Below, one piece after another: positions 54,754 to 64,000 of a DNA stretch of 64,000 bases (within the stretch, counting starts at the first letter, position 1; each line of letters opens with the position of its first letter). Below the pieces are notes generated by a model, which saw nothing but the letters and a program-made list of their open reading frames with translations, was not told the DNA's origin and did no database searches. Origin of the DNA: Enterobacteria phage P922; the sequence record OR999189.1; one strand, given 5' to 3'. A program made the translations under genes and the position numbers.

Positions 54754-55873
54754 TTTTAACCTTAACTGGGTCTATTGTTTCCAGTTTCGTTGCATTAGTG
54801 AACATATATAGATGAGTTACTGAATTATTATTGGATAATTCATGGATGACTTCATCAACGTAAAATTCTGTTTTAAATTGGTTTTTACTATCATTAAAAA
54901 TAATTTTAACGCCAGGAGTTAAGTTAAAATTACCGACAGTAGAACATTTAGCATAGCCATCGTATTGCGCCATAGTTTGAAGACGAATAGCTTCTTCATA
55001 TCCATTCCTATAAGTCATTTCAGAATAAGCACCTGACCTTGACACTACAATAGAGTTTTCGCCCTTTCCTGTAGTAATCATTGGCAATGAAGAATCTAAA
55101 AATGAATGCGCATAGATAGTAGCGTTTTTCATTGGGTCACGTTTGTGAGGATTCGATTTAGTCAACCAAACGAAATCATATGCTAATGGATATTTTAATT
55201 CTTGGATGAATTGACCTATTAAAGATGGCTCACCGACAATCATTGGATATGGTTCTTGATTTATCATCATATCATAGTCCATCATGTTAACTCCCATGAT
55301 GTCTTGCCACACAAATACAAATTTGTCACTTCCTACAGCTAGAGCAACTTCTCTGACATATGACAAATAGTTTTCAAATGTACTAGTCCATGGAATATCA
55401 GGAACATAAGCATTTATAGCATTTATCGCTGGAGTTAATAATGTGCGATCTTGATAGATGACGCCAAGCATTTCCTTTATAGATTCACCTGCATCAGGGA
55501 AAAACGGTCTGCCAAATTTAAGATTTTCTATAGAATGAATAGTTCCCAATTCAATAGCAATGATGTTATCACCCTTTGAATCTACTGACACGGAAAAATG
55601 CTTACATCCATAAATTCGTGTTTTAACATTATTAATATCGTTTGCATTAGCTACAGAAATCTGAATTATTTCATTTCCATCCATTTTTGTATGGATGTTT
55701 TTAGAATCATAAAACTGCAGCATTCCTTCATTTCGGCCATAAAGAGAATCCCGCATAGTTAATGTGGTAATAGTAGCAGCTAATTCAACAAATCTATTAT
55801 TACTCCAAGCGTCGTAGCTATCAAATAATTTAACGCTGAGATTTGGATATCCTGGGCGTTGCAACATACTCAT
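54698..55873 (-). CDS. 27: gp27 baseplate hub subunit
   Basis: 391 aa, same as T4 gp27. Confidence 0.85.
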   Translation of the reverse strand: MSMLQRPGYPNLSVKLFDSYDAWSNNRFVELAATITTLTMRDSLYGRNEGMLQFYDSKNIHTKMDGNEIIQISVANANDINNVKTRIYGCKHFSVSVDSKGDNIIAIELGTIHSIENLKFGRPFFPDAGESIKEMLGVIYQDRTLLTPAINAINAYVPDIPWTSTFENYLSYVREVALAVGSDKFVFVWQDIMGVNMMDYDMMINQEPYPMIVGEPSLIGQFIQELKYPLAYDFVWLTKSNPHKRDPMKNATIYAHSFLDSSLPMITTGKGENSIVVSRSGAYSEMTYRNGYEEAIRLQTMAQYDGYAKCSTVGNFNLTPGVKIIFNDSKNQFKTEFYVDEVIHELSNNNSVTHLYMFTNATKLETIDPVKVKNEFKSDTTTEESSSSNKQ

Positions 55874-56622
55874 TATTGTTTATCCTTCTCAATCAGTTTT
55901 AATACGAATCCGCGCTCGGCAGGAATCATTTTCATTATTGAATTTAAGCTATAATTACTTTTTACAAGTGTGTGATTAATTTGATAAAAAGTAAATATCT
56001 CATCTGGGTTAACTAATAGCTTAAACACATCTACTATATCAGTGTATTTTTTTACATACTTGTCGCAGCAGGACATATGTAGCGTTAAATTAATAGGATT
56101 CATTGCATCAAGAATTTTTTCTAATGTTTCTATCTCGATGGCATCAACAAGTTCTATTTGACTTGATTCGCTAATTTCCTTCCAATCATACCATGTTTCA
56201 TCTACTTGAACAGAATGAATATTTTCAGTAATCATCTTTGCTTTATTTTCATAAAACTCAGAAGGAAACTTTAATTTAATTTTAACATTAGCTACATCAA
56301 AAACAGGTTCCTTTAATTCTTTTTGATATATTTCAAATGGAACTGTCTTTTCTTTTTTACATTTTGGACATACAAATGTGACCGGTACTTTAGTTTTACC
56401 TATTGACCCTACAAATACCTGCAAAAATATAAATGGTTGCCAAGTCTTCGGATAGTCTCCAAAATAATCAGCAATTAAATCAGCAATTATTTCTTTTTGT
56501 TCTTGTGGTGACCGATGTTCTATATCGTTTCGAACTAACAAAAAATCTCGATAATCTTCTACCGTAAATGGTTTAAAACGATGAACACCATCTGGTAATT
56601 TACAACGAATAATGTTTGCCAT
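55873..56622 (-). CDS. 51: gp51 baseplate hub assembly catalyst
   Basis: 249 aa, same as T4 gp51. Confidence 0.8.
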   Translation of the reverse strand: MANIIRCKLPDGVHRFKPFTVEDYRDFLLVRNDIEHRSPQEQKEIIADLIADYFGDYPKTWQPFIFLQVFVGSIGKTKVPVTFVCPKCKKEKTVPFEIYQKELKEPVFDVANVKIKLKFPSEFYENKAKMITENIHSVQVDETWYDWKEISESSQIELVDAIEIETLEKILDAMNPINLTLHMSCCDKYVKKYTDIVDVFKLLVNPDEIFTFYQINHTLVKSNYSLNSIMKMIPAERGFVLKLIEKDKQ

Positions 56623-56639
56623 AGATGCTCCTTTTATTC

Positions 56640-56651
56640 TATTTATAAATA
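56640..56651. promoter_or_regulatory. overlapping divergent late promoters (palindromic TATTTATAAATA) for genes 51 and 26
   Basis: TATAAATA readable on both strands, each followed by AAGGAG and an ATG at suitable spacing. Confidence 0.55.
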
Positions 56652-56672
56652 TGATAAATAAAGGAGCTAAAT

Positions 56673-57299
56673 ATGTATGAATACAAATTTGATGTGAGAG
56701 TTGGTTCTAAAATAATCAACTGTCGCGCATTTACTCTTAAAGAATATCTAGAACTTATTACTGCTAAAAAGAACGGTTCAGTCGAAGAGATCGTTAAAAA
56801 GCTAATCAAAGACTGTACAAATGCAAAAGATTTAAACCGCCAAGAATCAGAACTACTATTGATTCATTTATGGGCGCATTCTCTTGGAGAAGTTAATCAC
56901 GAAAACTCCTGGAAGTGCACCTGTGGAACTGAAATACCAACCCATATAAATCTATTACATACGCAAATAGATGCACCAGAAGACCTCTGGTATACACTGG
57001 GTGACATTAAAATTAAGTTCCATTACCCTAAAATTTTTGATGATAAAAATATAGCCCACATGATAGTATCGTGTATAGAAACGATTCATGCTAACGGGGA
57101 AAGCATTCCAATTGAAGACTTAAATGAAAAAGAGTTGGAAGATTTATATTCTATCATCACAGAGTCAGATATTGTAGCTATAAAAGATATGCTTTTAAAG
57201 CCTACTGTTTATTTGGCTGTTCCAATTAAGTGTCCAGAGTGTGGAAAAACTCACGCTCATGTAATAAGAGGACTCAAAGAATTCTTTGAGCTATTGTAA
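56673..57299 (+). CDS. 26: gp26 baseplate hub subunit
   Basis: 208 aa, same as T4 gp26. Confidence 0.8.
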   Translation: MYEYKFDVRVGSKIINCRAFTLKEYLELITAKKNGSVEEIVKKLIKDCTNAKDLNRQESELLLIHLWAHSLGEVNHENSWKCTCGTEIPTHINLLHTQIDAPEDLWYTLGDIKIKFHYPKIFDDKNIAHMIVSCIETIHANGESIPIEDLNEKELEDLYSIITESDIVAIKDMLLKPTVYLAVPIKCPECGKTHAHVIRGLKEFFELL

Positions 57300-57697
57300 T
57301 GGCAAATATTAATAAGCTTTATTCTGACATTGACCCAGAAATGAAAATGGATTGGGACAAAGACGTTTCCAGATCTCTTGGATTAAGGTCAATTAAAAAT
57401 AGTCTTTTAGGAATTATTACAACCAGGAAAGGGTCAAGGCCATTTGACCCAGAATTTGGATGCGATTTATCTGATCAGCTTTTTGAGAATATGACTCCTC
57501 TTACTGCTGATACAGTTGAGCGTAACATTGAAAGCGCAGTAAGAAACTATGAGCCACGTATTGATAAATTAGCAGTTAATGTAATACCAGTTTATGATGA
57601 TTATACTCTTATAGTAGAAATACGCTTTTCGGTCATCGATAACCCTGATGATATTGAGCAGATAAAACTGCAACTGGCTTCTAGTAATAGAGTATAA
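57299..57697 (+). CDS. 25: gp25 baseplate wedge subunit
   Basis: 132 aa; [22 protein letters not shown] matches T4 gp25. Confidence 0.85.
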   Translation: MANINKLYSDIDPEMKMDWDKDVSRSLGLRSIKNSLLGIITTRKGSRPFDPEFGCDLSDQLFENMTPLTADTVERNIESAVRNYEPRIDKLAVNVIPVYDDYTLIVEIRFSVIDNPDDIEQIKLQLASSNRV

Positions 57698-57725
57698 TGC
57701 TTCACGTGTAAACGTGGTATAATGA
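57695..57725 (+). promoter_or_regulatory. middle promoter for uvsY (MotA box ATGCTTCA plus TATAAT)
   Basis: TAATGCTTCACGTGTAAACGTGGTATAATG, 13 nt between MotA box and -10. Confidence 0.7.
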
Positions 57726-57763
57726 ATCTAAGTCCATCCAATAACAATTGAATAGAGAACAAT

Positions 57764-58177
57764 ATGAAATTAGAAGATCTTCAAGAAGAATTGAAGAAAG
57801 ATGTGTTTATAGATTCGACTAAATTACAGTATGAAGCAGCTAATAATGTGATGTTATATAGTAAATGGCTTAATAAGCATTCAAGTATTAAAAAGGAAAT
57901 GCTTAGAATTGAAGCACAGAAAAAAGTTGCTCTTAAAGCTAAATTAGACTACTACTCGGGACGAGGAGATGGTGATGAATTTAGTATGGATCGTTATGAA
58001 AAATCAGAAATGAAGACAGTTCTATCAGCTGATAAGGACGTTTTAAAAGTTGATACTTCATTGCAATATTGGGGAATTTTATTAGATTTCTGTAGCGGAG
58101 CTCTTGATGCTATTAAATCACGTGGATTTGCTATTAAGCATATTCAAGACATGCGAGCATTTGAGGCTGGAAAATAA
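57764..58177 (+). CDS. uvsY: UvsY recombination mediator
   Basis: 137 aa; matches T4 UvsY as recalled. Confidence 0.9.
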   Translation: MKLEDLQEELKKDVFIDSTKLQYEAANNVMLYSKWLNKHSSIKKEMLRIEAQKKVALKAKLDYYSGRGDGDEFSMDRYEKSEMKTVLSADKDVLKVDTSLQYWGILLDFCSGALDAIKSRGFAIKHIQDMRAFEAGK

Positions 58178-58401
58178 TGAAATATAGCATTGATGATGCT
58201 TTTAATTATGAAGAAGAATTCGAAACGGAAATTCAATTCTTAATGAAAAAGTATAATCTCAAGCGTCAGGATATTCGTATCCTGGCTGACCACCCATGCG
58301 GTGAAGATGTACTTTACATTAAAGGAAAATTTGCCGGATATCTTGATGAATATTTTTATTCTAAAGATATGGGCATTGATATGCATATGAGAGTTATATA
58401 A
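58177..58401 (+). CDS. hypothetical protein (74 aa)
   Basis: TAATG-coupled to uvsY. Confidence 0.45.
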   Translation: MKYSIDDAFNYEEEFETEIQFLMKKYNLKRQDIRILADHPCGEDVLYIKGKFAGYLDEYFYSKDMGIDMHMRVI

Positions 58402-58429
58402 ATAGATATATAATTTAGAGGAGACAATC

Positions 58430-58597
58430 ATGTCAGATAAGATTTGTGTTGTCTGTAAAACTCCAATCGATTCTGCATTGGTTGTTGAAACAGACAAAGG
58501 TCCTGTACATCCTGGGCCTTGCTATAATTACATTAAAGAACTACCAGTTTCAGAAAGTTCGGAAGAACAATTAAATGAAACACAACTTTTGCTATAG
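58430..58597 (+). CDS. small Cys-containing protein (55 aa), possible zinc ribbon
   Basis: GAGGAGACAATCATG start; CVVC...PGPC; hand-translated. Confidence 0.35.
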   Translation: MSDKICVVCKTPIDSALVVETDKGPVHPGPCYNYIKELPVSESSEEQLNETQLLL

Positions 58598-58616
58598 TGT
58601 GACCTTTAGTCTATAG

Positions 58617-58650
58617 TTTTGGCCCTTCCTTTTTGGTTGGGCCTTTTTTT
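58617..58650. terminator. bidirectional terminator region
   Basis: GGCCC...GGGCC stem followed by TTTTTTT; lies between convergent ORFs. Confidence 0.5.
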
Positions 58651-58653
58651 AAT

Positions 58654-58896
58654 TTAAAAGCTTTCTTCTACTTCATCGTCTGAATCTTCTAATTCAGCTC
58701 TTTTTCCTGCCAAAGCATCTCTAACTGAGATGTCATCAGTATCTTTTAATTCAGTTTCTTTAACTCTTTTCTTATAATAAGCTTCAAGTTCTTCTAAACC
58801 TTCTAATGTTTGGCATGATGCAATTTTACCCATAAATTCATCAATAGAAGCTTCATAAAGAAATTGTTTAAATTCTAGTAACATCTTTTTCTCCAA
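58654..58896 (-). CDS. UvsW.1-like acidic protein
   Basis: 80 aa directly downstream of uvsW on the minus strand. Confidence 0.6.
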   Translation of the reverse strand: MEKKMLLEFKQFLYEASIDEFMGKIASCQTLEGLEELEAYYKKRVKETELKDTDDISVRDALAGKRAELEDSDDEVEESF

Positions 58897-58911
58897 AGGG
58901 CCGAAGCCCTT
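58896..58911 (-). promoter_or_regulatory. intercistronic stem-loop (GGGCUUCGGCCC) between uvsW and downstream ORF
   Basis: overlaps uvsW stop; followed on minus strand by GGAG SD. Confidence 0.45.
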
Positions 58912-60418
58912 ATAAATTAACTGTTTTCATTACGTAATTAAATTTTTCATCTGCGTAGCGCTGAATACGATCAATGCCGTGTTTTAAAAGATAGTTCAAA
59001 TGAACATATTTCTTTTTCGTATTAGCAGATTTTGGCTTAACACCGCAATCATCAATGAGGTCCCAGACCGTTGCGATTGTTTTAGAACCATGCTTACGTA
59101 ATACACGACCTATTGTTTGCAATACAATAATTTTAGATTTAACGCCGTGCGCTAAAACAACGTGATGCAGATTTTTAACTGAAATACCAGTAGAAAATAC
59201 ACCATAACTAGCTACTATAATTATTCCTTTACCGTTTTCAGCTAAGGTTTTCATTACATTGCGTGTTTCAGTATCAACTTCCCCTGATACGTAATAAACT
59301 TTATCGTATTCATTTTTAATTAAATCGAAAATAGCTTTACCATGTGATACATGTTTAAACATGACAAAAGCGTTTTCATCTTTTTGCGCAAGTTTAATAG
59401 CTAATTTAGCGATCCATTTATTTCTTTTACTGAGCCCAGTAATAATTTTTATTTCTTCTTGGTAAGTTTTTCCCTTTAATTTAGTAGTGAACTCATCGGG
59501 ATAACGAAGAAAAATACTATTAATTTTTAACTCAGTTACTTGTCCATCTTCCATTAATTTAGAAGTCGTTACTGGCTTAAATATTTCACCAAACATTCCA
59601 ACATACTGCATGATATTGGCTTTGCCATCACGTAATGAACCAGACAAACCGAATTTGAACATGCAGTTATTTAAACCTGATATGATAGATGAAATACTTT
59701 TTCCTGTAGCAAGATGGCATTCATCATTCATCATCATTCCAAACTGTGAGAACCATTCTTTTGGTTGTTTTACTACAGTTTGCCATGTACCAACAATTAC
59801 CGGTGCATCATTTTTATATTTATCATCTTTTGATGCTCCGCCGCCAATTTTCTTTATCATTGCATGACTGAATAAACGATAATCAACAAAGTCATCAGCC
59901 ATCTGAGTTGTCAGAGCAGTTGTTGGAACAATGATAAGAATTTTACCTTCATAATTTTCCAAATAATAACGTGCAAGCAAAGCTTGAATTAAAGATTTAC
60001 CTGCGGATGTTGGAAGATTAAGAATTCTACGACGATTAACTAATCCTTCGAACACTGCATCTTTTTGATACCAGTGTGGTTCAATTCTTTTATTTCCTGA
60101 ATAGATTTCTAATTTAGAAAGCCATTCATCAAAATCTTTTCTTGATAATTCTTCTTTTTCGTTAATCTGTGGGTCAATCCAAGCTTTATAGCCAAAGTTA
60201 TCACAGAACTTTTTAATTTGCCCGACTAAGCCGAATGGAAGAAGGCGATTATAATCTAAAAGACGGATTCGTCCATCCCAGTTGCCATATCTGAAGCGAG
60301 GATTAAACCTATATCCATCGGCCTCAAACGAAAAGAAATCTCTTAATTCGTGGAACGTGCTCTCTTCACAATCGATGCGTACATGACTGAAGTCGTGAAA
60401 ATGTACTTTAATATCCAT
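58910..60418 (-). CDS. uvsW: UvsW DNA/RNA helicase
   Basis: 502 aa; SF2 helicase motifs (PTSAGKS, DECH). Confidence 0.9.
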   Translation of the reverse strand: MDIKVHFHDFSHVRIDCEESTFHELRDFFSFEADGYRFNPRFRYGNWDGRIRLLDYNRLLPFGLVGQIKKFCDNFGYKAWIDPQINEKEELSRKDFDEWLSKLEIYSGNKRIEPHWYQKDAVFEGLVNRRRILNLPTSAGKSLIQALLARYYLENYEGKILIIVPTTALTTQMADDFVDYRLFSHAMIKKIGGGASKDDKYKNDAPVIVGTWQTVVKQPKEWFSQFGMMMNDECHLATGKSISSIISGLNNCMFKFGLSGSLRDGKANIMQYVGMFGEIFKPVTTSKLMEDGQVTELKINSIFLRYPDEFTTKLKGKTYQEEIKIITGLSKRNKWIAKLAIKLAQKDENAFVMFKHVSHGKAIFDLIKNEYDKVYYVSGEVDTETRNVMKTLAENGKGIIIVASYGVFSTGISVKNLHHVVLAHGVKSKIIVLQTIGRVLRKHGSKTIATVWDLIDDCGVKPKSANTKKKYVHLNYLLKHGIDRIQRYADEKFNYVMKTVNL

Positions 60419-60420
60419 AA

Positions 60421-61038
60421 TTATGCCTTACTAAATTTGCCTTTAGAATCTCTTTTCATGAGACGACCTTTAATAAATCCGTCGGGAATAATACCGTCTG
60501 GTTGTATTAATTTATTTATTGCGCCATTATTGACCCAAAAAGTTCCTGTTGTAGTCGGTTTGACTTTACATCCTTTTCTGGACTTTCTATTAGGATGAAC
60601 CATCCCTTTTACAAATCCTTCTGGAACAAGTTCTCCAGGCTTAATAAAAATATTTTTAGTTCCATTAGTGTAACAAGTTGTACCTAATACCGTGCCCGGT
60701 GAGTTTTCAAATCTCTTAGCGGAAGATTCTTTCATCTTTGCTATAACCTCTGTAGTCATAACAATTCCACCAATTCCACCAGGTTTCATATTATAATAAT
60801 TTTTGCTTTTTATTAGTTCAGGAGTTATAATTTCTTCTTCATACATGTACGCTTCTTCGGAAGTTTTAAACTCTTTTAGTATTTTTCTAGAGAAATTGTT
60901 TTCACCATATTTCTTTATAGCCTGCTGAATTGCCTTACCGGAACCAATGTAGCCATCATTCAGGTCGTCAGTAGAGTGCTTTCCTATATACTTTTTACCA
61001 TTTATTAGATTTGTTGTTTCATATACAAAGTGGTACAT
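60421..61038 (-). CDS. segF: GIY-YIG homing endonuclease (SegF-like)
   Basis: 205 aa; GIY-YIG motif HFVYETTNLINGKKYIGKHS; position between uvsW and inh as T4 segF. Confidence 0.7.
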   Translation of the reverse strand: MYHFVYETTNLINGKKYIGKHSTDDLNDGYIGSGKAIQQAIKKYGENNFSRKILKEFKTSEEAYMYEEEIITPELIKSKNYYNMKPGGIGGIVMTTEVIAKMKESSAKRFENSPGTVLGTTCYTNGTKNIFIKPGELVPEGFVKGMVHPNRKSRKGCKVKPTTTGTFWVNNGAINKLIQPDGIIPDGFIKGRLMKRDSKGKFSKA

Positions 61039-61066
61039 ACTATTTTCCGAGTAATAAATATATCTA

Positions 61067-61074
61067 TATTTATA
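61067..61074 (-). promoter_or_regulatory. candidate late promoter TATAAATA upstream of segF
   Basis: reverse complement TATAAATA 28 nt upstream of segF ATG. Confidence 0.35.
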
Positions 61075-61087
61075 CTGAGGAAATATT

Positions 61088-61768
61088 ATGATAGATAAAG
61101 ATTATATTGCAGAGCTGAAGGCTCTTGATGATAATAAAGAAGCTAAGGCTAAATTAGCTGAATATGCTGAACAGTTTGGTATAAAGGTCAAAAAGAATAA
61201 ATCTTTTGATAATATTGTTATTGATATTGAAGAAGCCCTCCAGAAGCTCGCTAGTGAACCTATGCCAGAGACTGATGGGTTATCTATTAAAGACTTAATT
61301 GATGCTGCTGATGCTGCAGAGGGATTAAAATATGACGATGAAGAGGTCAATCCAGAAGCAGCACTTCTGATTGATTCTCCGGTTAAATCTGATATTAAAA
61401 TTGAAGTAGTCGAAACGGATAAAATTCCTGAAAATACCGATGTTTTGATTGAAGATACTCCTTTTGTTGAAGAAAAATTTGAGCAGGCTGTAGCTGAGAT
61501 TATTGAATCTGAAAAGCCGTCTGTATTTACTCTTCCGGAAAACTTTAGTCCGAATCTTCAGCTGATTGGAAAAAATCCAGGATTCTACACTGTTCCTTGG
61601 TGGATTTACCAGTGGATTGCTGAAACTCCGGATTGGAAATCTCACCCAACTAGTTTTGAACACGCGTCAGCACACCAAACTTTATTTAGCTTAATTTACT
61701 ACATTAACCGTGACGGATCAGTTTTAATTCGTGAAACACGCAACTCTTCTTTCGTAACATTAAAATAA
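61088..61768 (+). CDS. inh: Inh, inhibitor of prohead protease gp21
   Basis: 226 aa acidic protein immediately upstream of hoc; size and position as T4 inh. Confidence 0.65.
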   Translation: MIDKDYIAELKALDDNKEAKAKLAEYAEQFGIKVKKNKSFDNIVIDIEEALQKLASEPMPETDGLSIKDLIDAADAAEGLKYDDEEVNPEAALLIDSPVKSDIKIEVVETDKIPENTDVLIEDTPFVEEKFEQAVAEIIESEKPSVFTLPENFSPNLQLIGKNPGFYTVPWWIYQWIAETPDWKSHPTSFEHASAHQTLFSLIYYINRDGSVLIRETRNSSFVTLK

Positions 61769-61777
61769 GGATAACTT

Positions 61778-62908
61778 ATGGCTTTTACAGTTGATATAAC
61801 TCCTAAAACACCAACAGGGGTTATTGATGAAACCAAGCAGTTTACTGCTACACCCAGTGGTGAAACTGGAGGTGGAACTATTACCTATGCTTGGAGCGTA
61901 GATAATGCTCCCCAAGAAGGATCAGCAGCAACTTTTGATTATGTATTAAAAGGACCTGCTGGTCAAAAGACTATTAAGGTAGTTGCAACAAATACTATTC
62001 CTGATTCTGAAGCTGAAACAGCTGAAATTAGTACAACTATCACAGTTCAAAATAAGACACAGACAACTACCTTAGCTGTAACTCCTAATAGTCCTCCAGA
62101 AGGAGTAATCGGAACAGCCGTTGAATTTACTGCTGCCTTAGCTTCACAGCCATCGGGCGCATCCGCTACGTATCAATGGTACGTTGACGGTTCTCCTGTG
62201 GGCGAAGCAACTTCTGCTGCATTCAATTATACTCCTACTACAAGCGGAGTTAAAAAAATTAAATGCGTAGCCCAAGTAACTGCAGAAAATTATAATGAAA
62301 AGGAAGTTACTTCCAATGAAGTATCATTGACAGTTAATAAGAAGACAATGAATCCACAGGTTACATTGACTCCTCCTTCTATTAATGTTCAGCAAGATGC
62401 TTCGGCTACATTTACTGCTAATGTTACTGGCGCACCTGAAGCAGCACAAATTACTTACTCATGGAAGAAAGATTCTTCTCCTGTAGAAGGGTCAACTAAT
62501 GTATACACCGTTGATACATCATCTATTGGAAGTCAAACTATTGAAGTTACTGCAACTGTTACTGCCACTGATTATGATAGCAAAACTATTACAGCAGAAG
62601 GTCAAGTTCAGGTAACTGATAAAGTTGCTCCGGAACCAGAAGGTGAATTGCCTTATGTTCATCCTCTTCCACATCGTACTTCAGCTTATATCTGGTGCGG
62701 TTGGTGGGTTATGGATGAAATCCAAAAAATGACTGAAGAAGGTAAAGATTGGAAAACTGACGACCCAGATAGTAAGTACTACTTGCATCGTTACACTCTT
62801 CAAAAGATGATGAAAGACTATCCAGAAGTTGATGTTCAAGAATCGCGCAATGGATACATCATTCATAAAACTGCTTTAGAAACTGGTATCATCTATACCT
62901 ATCCATAA
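61778..62908 (+). CDS. hoc: Hoc, highly immunogenic outer capsid protein
   Basis: 376 aa; three Ig-like repeats and C-terminal capsid-binding domain; same length as T4 Hoc. Confidence 0.85.
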   Translation: MAFTVDITPKTPTGVIDETKQFTATPSGETGGGTITYAWSVDNAPQEGSAATFDYVLKGPAGQKTIKVVATNTIPDSEAETAEISTTITVQNKTQTTTLAVTPNSPPEGVIGTAVEFTAALASQPSGASATYQWYVDGSPVGEATSAAFNYTPTTSGVKKIKCVAQVTAENYNEKEVTSNEVSLTVNKKTMNPQVTLTPPSINVQQDASATFTANVTGAPEAAQITYSWKKDSSPVEGSTNVYTVDTSSIGSQTIEVTATVTATDYDSKTITAEGQVQVTDKVAPEPEGELPYVHPLPHRTSAYIWCGWWVMDEIQKMTEEGKDWKTDDPDSKYYLHRYTLQKMMKDYPEVDVQESRNGYIIHKTALETGIIYTYP

Positions 62909-62912
62909 TCAT

Positions 62913-62938
62913 AAGGGGCTTCGGCCCCTTTCTTCATT
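62913..62938 (+). terminator. rho-independent terminator after hoc
   Basis: AAGGGGC-TTCG-GCCCCTT followed by T-rich tract. Confidence 0.6.
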
Positions 62939-62997
62939 TTGAAAGCACACAAAACACAATCAGAAAACGATGTATATAATGGCACCAACTCGATAAC

Positions 62998-63213
62998 ATG
63001 AGATTGATTATGAGAACTGAGGTTGTGGTGTTTACACTCCATGAGTCTGGAAAGTCATTCATTGAAATTGCTCGTGAATTGAACTTACAGGCAAAAGAAG
63101 TGGCTGTATTATGGGCTCGAGCTATGACTGCTAAGAATAAATTTGAGACTCGAGAAAAAGTTGTCTATAGAAAAAGACATATTAATAAAAAGGTGAAAAA
63201 TGGAACAGTATGA
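62998..63213 (+). CDS. hypothetical protein (71 aa)
   Basis: ORF between hoc and rnlB. Confidence 0.4.
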   Translation: MRLIMRTEVVVFTLHESGKSFIEIARELNLQAKEVAVLWARAMTAKNKFETREKVVYRKRHINKKVKNGTV

Positions 63214-63478
63214 TCTTTATGAAAATGAATCTTTTGCTAATCAATTACGTGAAAAAGCACTTAAAAGTAAACAGTTTAAACTAGAGTGTTTTATTAAAGA
63301 TTTTTCGGAACTTGCTAATAAAGCAGCTGAACAAGGTAAAACATATTTTAGTTATTATTGCACTGCTCGTGATAAATTGATTACTGAAGAAATTGGTGAT
63401 TGGCTGAGAAAAGAAGGATTTAGCTTTAAAGTCAATAGTGATCAGCGTGATGGTGATTGGTTAGAAATTACATTTTGA
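63200..63478 (+). CDS. hypothetical protein (92 aa)
   Basis: ORF between hoc and rnlB. Confidence 0.45.
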   Translation: MEQYDLYENESFANQLREKALKSKQFKLECFIKDFSELANKAAEQGKTYFSYYCTARDKLITEEIGDWLRKEGFSFKVNSDQRDGDWLEITF

Positions 63479-63487
63479 GGATTAATT

Positions 63488-64000
63488 ATGTTTAAAAAGT
63501 ATAGCAGTCTTGAAAATCATTACAATTCTAAATTCATTGAAAAACTTTACAGTTTAGGATTGACTGGCGGCGAATGGGTAGCTCGTGAAAAGATTCATGG
63601 CACAAATTTCTCACTGATTATTGAACGCGATAAAGCAACTTGTGCTAAACGTACTGGACCGATTCTTCCTGCTGAAGATTTCTTTGGGTATGAAATTATT
63701 CTAAAGAATTACGCTGATTCCATTAAAGCAGTACAAGATATTATGGAAACTTCGGCAATTGTATCTTATCAAGTCTTCGGCGAATTCGCTGGACCTGGCA
63801 TTCAGAAGAATGTCGATTATGGCGATAAAGATTTTTATGTATTTGACATTATTGTTACTACCGAAAGTGGTGATGTGACTTATGTCGATGATTATATGAT
63901 GGAATCATTCTGTAATACATTTAAATTTAAAATGGCTCCACTTTTGGGTCGTGGTAAATTTGAAGAACTTATTAAATTGCCAAATGATTTAGATTCTGTC
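63488..64000 (+). CDS. rnlB: RNA ligase 2, 5' portion (runs off the window end)
   Basis: hand translation [43 protein letters not shown] matches T4 Rnl2 N-terminus; no stop within window. Confidence 0.85.
   Translation, partial: MFKKYSSLENHYNSKFIEKLYSLGLTGGEWVAREKIHGTNFSLIIERDKATCAKRTGPILPAEDFFGYEIILKNYADSIKAVQDIMETSAIVSYQVFGEFAGPGIQKNVDYGDKDFYVFDIIVTTESGDVTYVDDYMMESFCNTFKFKMAPLLGRGKFEELIKLPNDLDSV

Noticed and set aside
59610-59867. 85 aa plus-strand ORF antisense to uvsW
   Set aside because: Lies within the helicase gene on the opposite strand; no support.
61102-61663. Two minus-strand ORFs (82 and 112 aa) antisense to inh
   Set aside because: Nested antisense frames within inh; no promoter or ribosome-binding site.

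Overview
This window is a contiguous segment of a T-even (T4-like, Tevenvirinae) Escherichia phage genome, read in the opposite orientation to the usual T4 reference. Gene order and many protein sequences match T4 as I recall it: rIIA, rIIB, denB, ndd, stp, ac, 52, motA, arn, asiA, then on the minus strand t, 38, 37, 36, 35, 34, then rnh, dsbA, 33, 59, segG, 32, frd, td, nrdA, mobE-like, nrdB, denA, rnlA, alc, pseT, cd, 31, rIII, the 30.x cluster, 30, alt, then 54, 48, 29, 28, 27, 51 (minus), 26, 25, uvsY, uvsW, segF, inh, hoc and the start of rnlB. Differences from T4 proper that I can see: td and nrdB are uninterrupted (no group I introns, no I-TevI or I-TevIII); gp38 is the larger glycine-rich T2/T6-type adhesin and gp37 ends in a chaperone-like C-terminal domain; two Alt-like ADP-ribosyltransferase genes lie in tandem; and a 68-codon ORF sits between frd and td, which overlap directly in T4. 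I did not find a clear-cut novel multi-gene system. The most promising candidates are small accessory ORFs and regulatory structures listed in the findings. All identifications rest on reading the six-frame translations against remembered T4 proteins; no database search was run. Coordinates for CDSs are tied to the ORF track; regulatory coordinates were counted by hand and may be off by a few bases. Many ORF-track starts are GTG or TTG artefacts and have been moved to the downstream ATG where a Shine-Dalgarno motif supports it.
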